From: a virus
Lineage: Duplodnaviria > Caudoviricetes
Reading direction: 5' to 3' (one strand)
Length of the DNA: 40,768 nt
Virus record (IMG/VR): IMGVR_UViG_3300020045_011163
Coordinates: 1 to 40,768 of that record
Numbering within the stretch: position 1 is the first letter of the stretch; every line of letters starts with the position of its first letter. Of the stretch, positions 1 through 7,259 are shown piece after piece. The position numbers and the translations under genes were made by a program. The notes under the pieces are model-generated. The model saw only the letters and a list, made by a program, of their open reading frames with translations, ran no database searches and was not told the DNA's origin.

Positions 1-121
1 CATCAGTACACCTACACCAAGTTTGCTCAACATAAGCAGTGTGAGCCTCTCCGCTGTATACTGACCCTCTGGCGGGAACCATTCCGCTCCCCTCGCACTC
101 CGGGCAGTCTGTTATTTTTTC
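1..121. repeat. Terminal direct repeat copy 1 (121 bp), most likely the assembly overlap of a circular or circularly permuted genome
   Basis: 1-121 is identical to 40648-40768, and an ORF reads through the junction. Confidence 0.95.
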
Positions 122-133
122 TGCTGCTTGCAT
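1..133 (-). CDS. 49-aa zinc-finger peptide spanning the circular junction (continues 40647 to 40631)
   Basis: Manual translation MQAAEKITDCPECEGSGMVPARGSVYSGEAHTAYVEQTWCRCTDGFCTF; CxxCxGxG plus CxC; A-rich leader; not in the ORF track. Confidence 0.7.
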   Translation of the reverse strand, partial: MQAAEKITDCPECEGSGMVPARGSVYSGEAHTAYVEQTWCRCTD

Positions 134-155
134 TAGGTTTTTTTAAAAAATTAAA

Positions 156-476
156 TTATCCATCTCCATCTCCATCTCCATCTCCATCTCCATCTCCATA
201 TCCAGATCCATCTCCATCTCCATATCCAGATCCATCTCCATCTCCATCTCCATCTCCATATCCAGATCCATCTCCATCTCCATATCCAGATCCATCTCCA
301 GATCCATATCCAGATCCATCTCCAGATCCATATCCAGATCCATATCCAGATCCATCTCCAGATCCATATCCAGATCCATATCCAGATCCATATCCAGATC
401 CATCTCCAGATCCATATCCAGATCCATCTCCAGATCCATCTCCAGATCCATATCCACCGGCTTCTATACTTTCCAT
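156..476 (-). CDS. Gly-rich (G-D/S/Y) repeat protein
   Basis: ATG overlaps the end of the upstream gene by 13 nt; about half the residues are Gly; stop codon immediately after the repeat. Confidence 0.65.
   Translation of the reverse strand: MESIEAGGYGSGDGSGDGSGYGSGDGSGYGSGYGSGYGSGDGSGYGSGYGSGDGSGYGSGDGSGYGDGDGSGYGDGDGDGDGSGYGDGDGSGYGDGDGDGDGDGDG
159..455. repeat. Tandem 6/12-nt repeat array (GGAGAT / GGATCT / GGATAT on the minus strand)
   Basis: Directly visible TCCATC / TCCAGA / TCCATA units with no unique spacers. Confidence 0.95.
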
Positions 477-829
477 ATAGCGACAGATTTAATTGATTCT
501 TGAGCCTTTTCGGAGGCCTCAATGACCTCTACAATCTGAGTCAGCGTCACCGAGGGCACGGCCTCCGGGAACTTGCATTCATCAGGACGGGATACACCGT
601 CTATAGCCAATTGGGACAAGCTTGCGGCCCCCTTCCAGTGCCACAGCCGCCGAGCTTCAAGCACGGTGCCCTCTTGCCCCTTGCGGGACTTGAGATACCC
701 CGCAAATACCCCGGCCGAATGAGTCCTTATGATACAGTACTTGAGGCCGTCGACCTCGGGAGCCATAGCTTTTACGGCCCCGGCGGGGACGTATTCGACG
801 CCATTGATCGTTATTTTTTCATTATTCAT
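464..829 (-). CDS. Conserved phage protein, DUF6948-like (probable Sm-like/SH3 barrel)
   Basis: Motifs CIIRTHSAGVFAG, ARRLWHWKGAASLSQLA and ending in W-K-V match this family as I recall it. Confidence 0.7.
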   Translation of the reverse strand: MNNEKITINGVEYVPAGAVKAMAPEVDGLKYCIIRTHSAGVFAGYLKSRKGQEGTVLEARRLWHWKGAASLSQLAIDGVSRPDECKFPEAVPSVTLTQIVEVIEASEKAQESIKSVAIWKV

Positions 830-863
830 TTTTTTTAGTTAAAGTTTTAAAAAATTATCAATA

Positions 864-985
864 GAGGGGCTGCACGACTCGCACATGCTCGCAGCGTATT
901 ACCCTACTCTTACCCCTCCGCTCCCCCCTCAAACCCCAAAATCGAATCCAAGGAGGGAGCGGAAGGCCCGAACTGGTCGGGCTGG
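864..985 (-). ncRNA. Candidate structured RNA: two hairpins plus a tRNA-like module (864-918)
   Basis: Hairpin GCCCGA/TCGGGC; 19-bp stem with G-U pairs; then acceptor-like stem, D-like loop and T-arm-like hairpin. Confidence 0.5.
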
Positions 986-990
986 GAAAA

Positions 991-1194
991 TTACTCGGTA
1001 ATAAGGCTGAATATCTCCTCTGGAGCCTTATCGGATTCCGCAAAAGATTCCAATAATTCGATCAATGAATTAACGTCTTCCTTGTCCCATCCATCAATGG
1101 AAATATTGAGGAACTCAGACGGCATGTCCTCGGAGTACTTAGCGAATACTTCGATATTGGATGGATACTGTCGGAATGTTACTTGAGTTTTCAT
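991..1194 (-). CDS. Small hypothetical protein (67 aa, MKTQVTF...)
   Basis: Start moved to the ATG at 1194 with an A-rich leader; the upstream part of the track ORF is a structured 5' UTR. Confidence 0.7.
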   Translation of the reverse strand: MKTQVTFRQYPSNIEVFAKYSEDMPSEFLNISIDGWDKEDVNSLIELLESFAESDKAPEEIFSLITE

Positions 1195-1295
1195 ATTTTT
1201 TGGGGTTGTCGCCCTACTGGGCGGGATATAATGGGTTGAGGATGTGCGGGTTATGCCCGTGGTGCCAAGTGGCGGGGCTTTCATCTCTTCAACGA
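1195..1295 (-). promoter_or_regulatory. Structured 5' leader, copy A of a repeated motif
   Basis: GAAA-GCCCC-GCC-ACUU-GGC-ACCA-CGGGC-AUAA, then hairpin CGCCC/GGGCG before the start codon; paralleled at 4546-4640. Confidence 0.55.
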
Positions 1296-1299
1296 CTAC

Positions 1300-1329
1300 A
1301 TCTTATCACGGCGTTACCGCGAAGTCAAG
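1300..1329 (-). promoter_or_regulatory. Sigma70-type leftward promoter
   Basis: TTGACT-17 bp-TAAGAT with extended -10 TG; spacer contains GTAACG. Confidence 0.75.
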
Positions 1330-1621
1330 AGTTATTCATTCTTTCTTTCATTTTCTTCAGCACTTCCTGGTACCTCTCGACGATTTGCCTTTGCTTAAGG
1401 GCATCCTCGGTTTCCGTCCATTCTACAATCTGGTTGACGTAATCTTTAGATGGCTTGTGGGTACCGGATACCCAGTAGAACACTCTCTGCTTCGATATGC
1501 CGAGGATCTTGGCGAGATCTGACTGAGTTATCCCGTGATACCTTAAAACCTCTAAGATGAACTCTGAGGGGCTGCGTTCTGGTTTTGGGGCTGTGACTTC
1601 TATTGCTGTTGGTTCTGTCAT
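1325..1621 (-). CDS. Xre/Cro-family helix-turn-helix regulator
   Basis: ITQSDLAKILGISKQRVFYWVSGTHKPS HTH_3 pattern; probable start MTEPT at 1621. Confidence 0.85.
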   Translation of the reverse strand: MTEPTAIEVTAPKPERSPSEFILEVLRYHGITQSDLAKILGISKQRVFYWVSGTHKPSKDYVNQIVEWTETEDALKQRQIVERYQEVLKKMKERMNNS

Positions 1622-1625
1622 TTTG

Positions 1626-2243
1626 TTAAATTTTATAAAAATTATTCTCATCAAAGTAAGCGGCCTCAATCTCCACAGCCGGAATCCCTAGATGCGCTGC
1701 CAATAACTCCCGATACCTGAATAACTGGCTAGCAGCATTGCGTTCCGCCGCTGCGTTTGGCTTGAAGTCGTAGATTGAGATTTTTCCGGTCTCGTCGTCA
1801 TAGCGGAGGATATCGATATGCCCCAACCATTCATCGTCCCATACAGGGACTTCAATGGCGAGGGTCAAGGGGTCGTTATCCAAAAGCCACCTTTGTAGCG
1901 TTAAGTGTTGGTCAACTCCCTTCCCCTGATATTCCGATACCATAGCGAAGTCACAGAGTTCATGTTTTTCTTCGATTACTGGGACGGCTAGTTTCGGGCC
2001 TGAGCTGACTGATTTGCGGTCACCGATATCCGGGCGGCCGTCCATCATCAGACTTAGCAAGAATGAACGTAAAGGGGAGACGAAAACTTCATCTATATTT
2101 TTCCAAAAGTAGTCCGGGGGCCAGATGTATGACCTCGTAGTATAGTGATACTTCTGCGTAAAGCTCTGCGCTTCGCCTGTGTCTTTTTTTGTGTACTCCC
2201 GGGTTGTTGTGAAGACTCGGGAGATTAGGTCGTGTTTTTCCAT
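1626..2243 (-). CDS. PD-(D/E)XK superfamily nuclease
   Basis: AIEVPV...GHIDIL...IYDFKP...QLFRY motif order. Confidence 0.75.
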   Translation of the reverse strand: MEKHDLISRVFTTTREYTKKDTGEAQSFTQKYHYTTRSYIWPPDYFWKNIDEVFVSPLRSFLLSLMMDGRPDIGDRKSVSSGPKLAVPVIEEKHELCDFAMVSEYQGKGVDQHLTLQRWLLDNDPLTLAIEVPVWDDEWLGHIDILRYDDETGKISIYDFKPNAAAERNAASQLFRYRELLAAHLGIPAVEIEAAYFDENNFYKI

Positions 2244-2245
2244 TT

Positions 2246-2854
2246 TTAAGATATTCGGGTTACAGCCTGAAAATCCTGAAACACCCGCACCCCAGCAATC
2301 TCTCTCTTTCCGCCAGTAATCATAGCCCGAAGCGCCTTTTCGTCGAGTACAAACAATTGAGGATAATATTTCCTTAACTTCTTTTCATCCTCAACTTCAA
2401 ACGTCCAAACCTTCTTTATACTAGCAGTCCCCTCAGAAGTCCTCACAGCCGTCTCAGGCTCTGGTACAGCGAGGATAGACTGAATTCCTGCTCCTACTTC
2501 GTCTTGGCTCTCTCTCGCTTTCTGGAACTCCTCAGCGCGTTTCTTTTGGGCGATGGCTTCTAGTTCGAGGGCGTAGGTGCGGCGGGCTGATTTAATCTTA
2601 AACTCCAAGTTAATTAACGGTTGAGCTTCTTTCTTGAATGTATCGTTGATCATTTTTACCTGATCATTTAGCGGTTTAACGAACGCCACACGTAAATCCT
2701 CGATACGTTTGATCCTTTTCTTAGCCGCTATTTCTACCTCTACAGCAGCGTTTAGCTCTACGTCGTTGGTGATCGCTACATTTTCGTTCTGAGCAACGAA
2801 GACGGCTACGTCCTGCTGGATTAACGGGATTTTCTGTTGCATAATTGGGTGCAT
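2246..2854 (-). CDS. Coiled-coil phage protein (Gp157/Gam-like, recombination module)
   Basis: Long helical N-terminus and C-terminal KKVWTFEVED...DEKALRAMI..G.REIAGVRVF motif; position beside the nuclease. Confidence 0.5.
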   Translation of the reverse strand: MHPIMQQKIPLIQQDVAVFVAQNENVAITNDVELNAAVEVEIAAKKRIKRIEDLRVAFVKPLNDQVKMINDTFKKEAQPLINLEFKIKSARRTYALELEAIAQKKRAEEFQKARESQDEVGAGIQSILAVPEPETAVRTSEGTASIKKVWTFEVEDEKKLRKYYPQLFVLDEKALRAMITGGKREIAGVRVFQDFQAVTRIS

Positions 2855-2873
2855 GGTCGAATGAGGTTAGTGA

Positions 2874-3683
2874 TTAAAACGGTAATCCTTCTGGGGAGAT
2901 GAAGTTTTCATCAGATATTTGGTCAGCGGTCGGGAGGAGTGAGGCGGCGGGCTGCTGGGCCGGAGTTGGTTGAACTGGTGCAGCGTTTCCTAACAGCGCC
3001 TTCATAAGTTCAGCTTGAAGTTTTACGGCCTGAAGTGCAGGGAACGGCTCTGCATAACGGAACTTGACTGTATTCCAGAACATCCCTGTGGGGCTGCGGT
3101 CTTCAGTGACAGCGGCGATTTCGACAGTGGTTGGAATGCGCGGAGATGCGCCCATATCGAACCATTGAGAGAGCGTTGAGCCTTTTAGTTCCCATCGATA
3201 GATTTTGTTTTGCTCTGGCAAGAAAAAATAAAGCGCCTGCGCGTACTTCAGCCCATACTTGGCCTTTAAGTCCTTGTAATATCCGGTATCAAGGACTTCG
3301 CCAGTAGTCGGATCGGAGACTGTGATAGCTTCGCCTACATTGCTTTCCTCGACTTTGTACAGCGGCTTCCTCACTCCGTTTGCATCAGCTACCCAACCCA
3401 CTCCTATCTGTACTCTCTGAAGAACAGGGAATAAGCGAGTACCGACGGGTATTTCGTGCTTCACTTCTTGCACTTCGTTATTAACGTCACTCTCGAACTC
3501 GATTCTAAAAATCTTACCAAAGTCCGGGTTAGTACCGCTACCGTCTGCGGTTAGTTTTTGATTGTCAACGCGGATGGCGTTGAATTTAGTGAAGGTCTTC
3601 ACCGGATTCATTTTAGCCCAGAATTCTAAGGCCTGTTCCTCGGTGAGGTTATCGAGATTCTCGATGGTTTGCAGGTTTTGCAT
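2874..3683 (-). CDS. Putative ssDNA-binding or annealing protein
   Basis: Beta-rich core, ELKGSTL..W motif, low-complexity linker and acidic tail ending in LPF. Confidence 0.5.
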   Translation of the reverse strand: MQNLQTIENLDNLTEEQALEFWAKMNPVKTFTKFNAIRVDNQKLTADGSGTNPDFGKIFRIEFESDVNNEVQEVKHEIPVGTRLFPVLQRVQIGVGWVADANGVRKPLYKVEESNVGEAITVSDPTTGEVLDTGYYKDLKAKYGLKYAQALYFFLPEQNKIYRWELKGSTLSQWFDMGASPRIPTTVEIAAVTEDRSPTGMFWNTVKFRYAEPFPALQAVKLQAELMKALLGNAAPVQPTPAQQPAASLLPTADQISDENFISPEGLPF

Positions 3684-3711
3684 AAAAGTTTTTTTAAAAA
3701 TTAAATAAAAG

Positions 3712-4191
3712 TTATTCTTCAGTTACTTCTTCGGTCTTATTCACGCCAGTTGTGCGCCATTCCGTTCTGTTCTTCGAGTTATTCCAGTCGCCGACTTCTT
3801 CGTTCCGTTCGTGTACCACGCGGCGGACAGTGCCATTTTTGAAGACCAGACTGACTGTCTCTTGAATTGCCTGAAACTTGGCATTTGCTACGGCTGCCGC
3901 GGCCCTTGCCGCTGTTACCTCTATTTGATTCTCTTTTTCTAAAACGGCTTTTTCTCGCTGCTCTAGAGATTCCTCTTTCTCGATTAATTCTGTGTTTTTC
4001 TTTAGAAGTTTCTCATTGCTTTCGCGGACTGACTTTAGCTCTATTAGGATATTGTCGTAGTTTTTCCGCATTTCCGTTAAATCTGCCTCGTATCTGTCCG
4101 CGTCTGCCAAGCGAGCCTGTAGCGCCTCTCCCACTTGAACCGGAAGATTCTCTGTGATTATTTTCTGAATATCTTTTGTGATGGGATCCAT
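3712..4191 (-). CDS. Coiled-coil hypothetical protein
   Basis: 159-aa ORF with E/K/L heptads; A-rich leader. Confidence 0.75.
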   Translation of the reverse strand: MDPITKDIQKIITENLPVQVGEALQARLADADRYEADLTEMRKNYDNILIELKSVRESNEKLLKKNTELIEKEESLEQREKAVLEKENQIEVTAARAAAAVANAKFQAIQETVSLVFKNGTVRRVVHERNEEVGDWNNSKNRTEWRTTGVNKTEEVTEE

Positions 4192-4224
4192 TTTTAAAAA
4201 GTTAAAAAAATTAAATAAAAATTA

Positions 4225-4545
4225 TCATCCAGCGTTAAAGGATGCGAGGATTACGCCTCGGGGCTGCTTTGTTTTTCCGAGGAATTCGACGTTTAGAGTG
4301 TTGATCTTTTTAGGGGACACCCATCCGTTATCGTATAATTCCTCCGTAACTTCTCCGCTACCCCATTTACTCAACCATTTACCGTTTTTCAAGAAGGTAA
4401 AACGTCTATGAGTGTCCGCTATGTAGTATATCGGCGTACTGGACGGATGGATAGTGCGAGCGTCCTTTGCGGACTTCGCAGCCACTACAACTGAGTCGTA
4501 AGTGTCATAGCCTCCTCCCCCTCCTGAAACTAAATAAAGATTCAT
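4225..4545 (-). CDS. Conserved phage hypothetical protein
   Basis: YDTYDSVVVAA...AR.IHP and C-terminal GVILASFNAG, a pattern I recognise from phage early genes. Confidence 0.75.
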   Translation of the reverse strand: MNLYLVSGGGGGYDTYDSVVVAAKSAKDARTIHPSSTPIYYIADTHRRFTFLKNGKWLSKWGSGEVTEELYDNGWVSPKKINTLNVEFLGKTKQPRGVILASFNAG

Positions 4546-4640
4546 GCATTTTGGGTTTACCGCTCTGTGCGGTGGAATTAAAGATCAATGTTGTTTTATG
4601 CTTCATGAATCCCTAGTGGGTGAAGCTTTCTTCCTGAGTA
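4546..4640 (-). promoter_or_regulatory. Structured 5' leader, copy B of the repeated motif
   Basis: GAAA-GCUUCA-CCC-ACUA-GGG-AUUCA-UGAAGC-AUAA, then hairpin ACCGC/GCGGU before the start codon. Confidence 0.55.
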
Positions 4641-4647
4641 CGTCACT

Positions 4648-4677
4648 ATGCTATCATGCCGTTACTAGGAAGTCAAG
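4648..4677 (-). promoter_or_regulatory. Main leftward sigma70-type promoter
   Basis: TTGACT-17 bp-TAGCAT with extended TG; GTAACG in the spacer as at 1300-1329. Confidence 0.75.
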
Positions 4678-4758
4678 GGGCGGGTTAGTTTTACTATATA
4701 AAGGGGCTTGACTTTTAAGAACTATAAAATAGAACGGAGTTATGTCATTCACTGCTGC

Positions 4759-4786
4759 TTGATACGGTTTTTTTGCGTGATATAAT
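4759..4786 (+). promoter_or_regulatory. Rightward promoter for the replication operon
   Basis: TTGATA-16 bp-TATAAT with TGn extended -10. Confidence 0.7.
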
Positions 4787-4791
4787 CACTG

Positions 4792-4898
4792 CGCAGTTCG
4801 ACGTCAGATTTTTTCAAAAAACATATAAGGGGGTTGAGTCTTCGGTCTACGGCGTGGCGTCGAACACTTCGGTTGTGGGCCGAGGATTCAGCCCCTTT
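4792..4898 (+). ncRNA. Structured leader of the initiator gene with a possible pseudoknot
   Basis: 24-bp stem 4830-4853/4872-4895 with 7 G-U pairs; loop 4855-4865 complementary to 4796-4806. Confidence 0.65.
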
Positions 4899-4912
4899 GA
4901 TTCCTATCAATT

Positions 4913-5638
4913 ATGAAAAAAATAAAAAAAGGATACGTACTAAAGGCGAGAGCGATAGAAGATAGCTGGATCGCTCATTCTTCACCAGTGACACGGGAGG
5001 TTTTCGACTACCTAATCAGAGAGGCGGCTTTTAAACCTAGGAAGTATGGCGATTATGTATTAGAGCGCGGAGAGCTTTTTACCACTATATCAAAGATCAG
5101 AGAGGCCCTCCACTGGCGGATAGGGTACCGAAAAGAAATGTACAGCGAACGTCAAATTAAGGCCGCACTTCAAACCCTCGCCAAGGCGTCTACGAAGGTA
5201 CCTACGAAGGTACCTACGACGGTACTAACGAAGGTACCTCGAGGCACATTGATTAAGGTGCTTAACTATGCGCTTTATCAGACGTCCGAAAACTACGAAG
5301 GTACCTACGAAGGTACCTACGAAGGTAAGACGAACGTGCTGTCCATTATAAAAGAAAGAAAAGAACTAAATAAAAAAGAAAGAAGGGAACAGGGAACAGG
5401 GAACGCTTCTACGAAAGAAACAAAAACAGGGGAACAAAAAAAAGCAGTGCGAGAAACTGTCTTTCTCACAAAAACAGAGTACGGAGCACTAGTTGATCAG
5501 TACGGGGAACAGGCTCTAGAGACAAAACTCGATCAAATGGACGCATATATCGGATCAACTGGCAAAAAGTACAAGTCGCACTTTCACGCGGTTAGATCCT
5601 GGTTCCTGCGGGATCAGCAGGGTAGATCTTCACCCTAA
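4913..5638 (+). CDS. Phage replication initiator (lambda O / DnaD-type organisation)
   Basis: N-terminal winged-helix-like region (LERGELFTTISKI), central iterons, C-terminal GKKYKSHFHAVRSW; directly upstream of the helicase. Confidence 0.8.
   Translation: MKKIKKGYVLKARAIEDSWIAHSSPVTREVFDYLIREAAFKPRKYGDYVLERGELFTTISKIREALHWRIGYRKEMYSERQIKAALQTLAKASTKVPTKVPTTVLTKVPRGTLIKVLNYALYQTSENYEGTYEGTYEGKTNVLSIIKERKELNKKERREQGTGNASTKETKTGEQKKAVRETVFLTKTEYGALVDQYGEQALETKLDQMDAYIGSTGKKYKSHFHAVRSWFLRDQQGRSSP
5190..5328. repeat. Iterons (12-bp CTACGAAGGTAC, 4 + 3 copies): putative replication origin
   Basis: Clusters at 5190-5237 and 5293-5328 read in different frames, followed by an A-rich tract. Confidence 0.8.
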
Positions 5639-5727
5639 AAGTTGTTCCCGTCCCCCTTCCCCTCCACCCCCAATTCCGCCGGCCCCCCTCCTCCCCTTGA
5701 AAATTTATCACCTCACCTTATTAACCT

Positions 5728-7002
5728 ATGGAAGCCAATAATCCCTTGCCCCACCTTTTTGACGAAAACGCCGAAAAGGATATGATCAGGCTAATTGTGC
5801 AGCACCCAGATGAACGATCCAAAGCCATCACTACCCTCGAGCTTGACGACTTTTACGGCTCAGAATGCCGCCATAACTTCGAGCGATTTCTAGAAAGTTT
5901 TCGTGAAGTTGGAGATATCGAGCTTCATAAAATGAAGCAAATAGCGCAGTACACAGACCATAATTGGCACGTGTCCCATCTTTTTTTTCCCAGAATCTTC
6001 ACCCAGCTTCGAGAGCTGGCCCGAAAACGCAAGACCTTCTTTGCACTTCAAGGTATAAATAAAGGCCTCTTAGAACTCCCTAGCGGAGAGTTAATTGAAT
6101 TTGCGATGGCAAGTCTGTCCGAGATAGTTAACGGGCCTCCACGGACTTCTAATGAGGCCAGTGATATTTTTGAAACAATTTCTGAAAATTGGGAAAAAAC
6201 AAAAGGTCAATCCCTACTAGGGGTGAGTACTTCAACTTTTTTAGATGAAGTTATTTTCGGGTATCAGCCTGGGCATTACTGGGTTATTGGCGCTTATACG
6301 AATTACGGAAAAACAACTTACGCCTGTTGGCTGGCGGCGCAACTGGCTGCGCAAAATGTACCTACAGCGATATTCTCAACCGAAATGTCCAGCGAACAAA
6401 CTTTGGAAAAAATCATAACCCAATCATGCGCAGCCAGTCTGTACCAAGTTCGTAATTCCCCCGGAATATTTTTAGAAAAAATCACCGCCGTTACTAAAGC
6501 ACCTCTGTGGATTTTTGATAACCGATTTTCCGTTGAGGCTATACGCCTCGAATTAGTTTCTTTGAGAGTTATGGATAAACTCCCAAAGGTTGTCTTTGTG
6601 GACTTCATTCAAAACGTTCAGTCGCCGGAAAAATCCATCTACGAGCGATTAACAGCCGTTACTCTCAAGCTGCAAAACTTGGCGAAAGAGTTGAATATCT
6701 GTATCGTGGCGTTGTCGCAAGTGTCCAATGACGGTGCGAACTCTCCGGGGGCAGTTATTCCGTTCAAGGGGTCTGGGGATATTGCGTCCTCCGCTGATCT
6801 AGCCGTGCAGATTCTCCGAGATATGCAATCTGAGATTGAAGAAGACACGTATGCAGATTTTAAGATTAAGATAAGAAAAAACCGTCACGGGATGGTTGGA
6901 AAAGAGCACGGAATGAGGCTAAATCGAAAGACGGGGGTTCTCGATTTAGGGCCAGTCCCTCAAAAAATGTCAACAACGCAAAAGAAAGTGAAATGGGATT
7001 AG
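5728..7002 (+). CDS. dnaB: DnaB-like replicative helicase
   Basis: Walker A GAYTNYGKT, FSTEMS, VFVDFIQ, ALSQ, GSGDI..SAD, KNRHG. Confidence 0.92.
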   Translation: MEANNPLPHLFDENAEKDMIRLIVQHPDERSKAITTLELDDFYGSECRHNFERFLESFREVGDIELHKMKQIAQYTDHNWHVSHLFFPRIFTQLRELARKRKTFFALQGINKGLLELPSGELIEFAMASLSEIVNGPPRTSNEASDIFETISENWEKTKGQSLLGVSTSTFLDEVIFGYQPGHYWVIGAYTNYGKTTYACWLAAQLAAQNVPTAIFSTEMSSEQTLEKIITQSCAASLYQVRNSPGIFLEKITAVTKAPLWIFDNRFSVEAIRLELVSLRVMDKLPKVVFVDFIQNVQSPEKSIYERLTAVTLKLQNLAKELNICIVALSQVSNDGANSPGAVIPFKGSGDIASSADLAVQILRDMQSEIEEDTYADFKIKIRKNRHGMVGKEHGMRLNRKTGVLDLGPVPQKMSTTQKKVKWD

Positions 7003-7022
7003 TGATTTTCTAAAAAAATAAT

Positions 7023-7250
7023 ATGGATAAAAAAGTGCAAGCATTAAATATCGTTGACTACGTTACCAGCGCGGGCCATGCAATGTGGATCGATACAGAA
7101 TTTCCAGCGTCTATCCCCACTGGTTATTTTCAGGAAAAAATCGACTTTTTATGTCGGCTAATTGACGAGATAGGCGGGACAGAAAAATTGAAGAACGCCG
7201 TGAGGGAATTGACCCCAAAAGACTACGCCGAAAAAGAGTGGACTGCTTAA
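7023..7250 (+). CDS. Hypothetical protein
   Basis: 75-aa ORF in operon with A-rich leader. Confidence 0.65.
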   Translation: MDKKVQALNIVDYVTSAGHAMWIDTEFPASIPTGYFQEKIDFLCRLIDEIGGTEKLKNAVRELTPKDYAEKEWTA

Positions 7251-7259
7251 CCTAAAAAA

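Noticed and set aside
143-522. Alternative-frame ORFs MDMDLE... (143-457) and ...WIWIWR (151-522)
   Set aside because: By-products of a stop-free repeat; only the Gly frame has a coupled start and a stop directly after the array
864-918. Functional tRNA gene
   Set aside because: Only 55 nt, no anticodon arm, no CCA, non-canonical T-loop; kept as a tRNA-like candidate only
1626-2243. Cas4-like nuclease
   Set aside because: PD-(D/E)XK core present but only one Cys, so no Fe-S cluster motif
4708-4736. Second rightward promoter at TTGACT (4708)
   Set aside because: No good -10 box at 16-18 bp spacing (best is TAGAAC); may only be an inverted copy of the leftward -35
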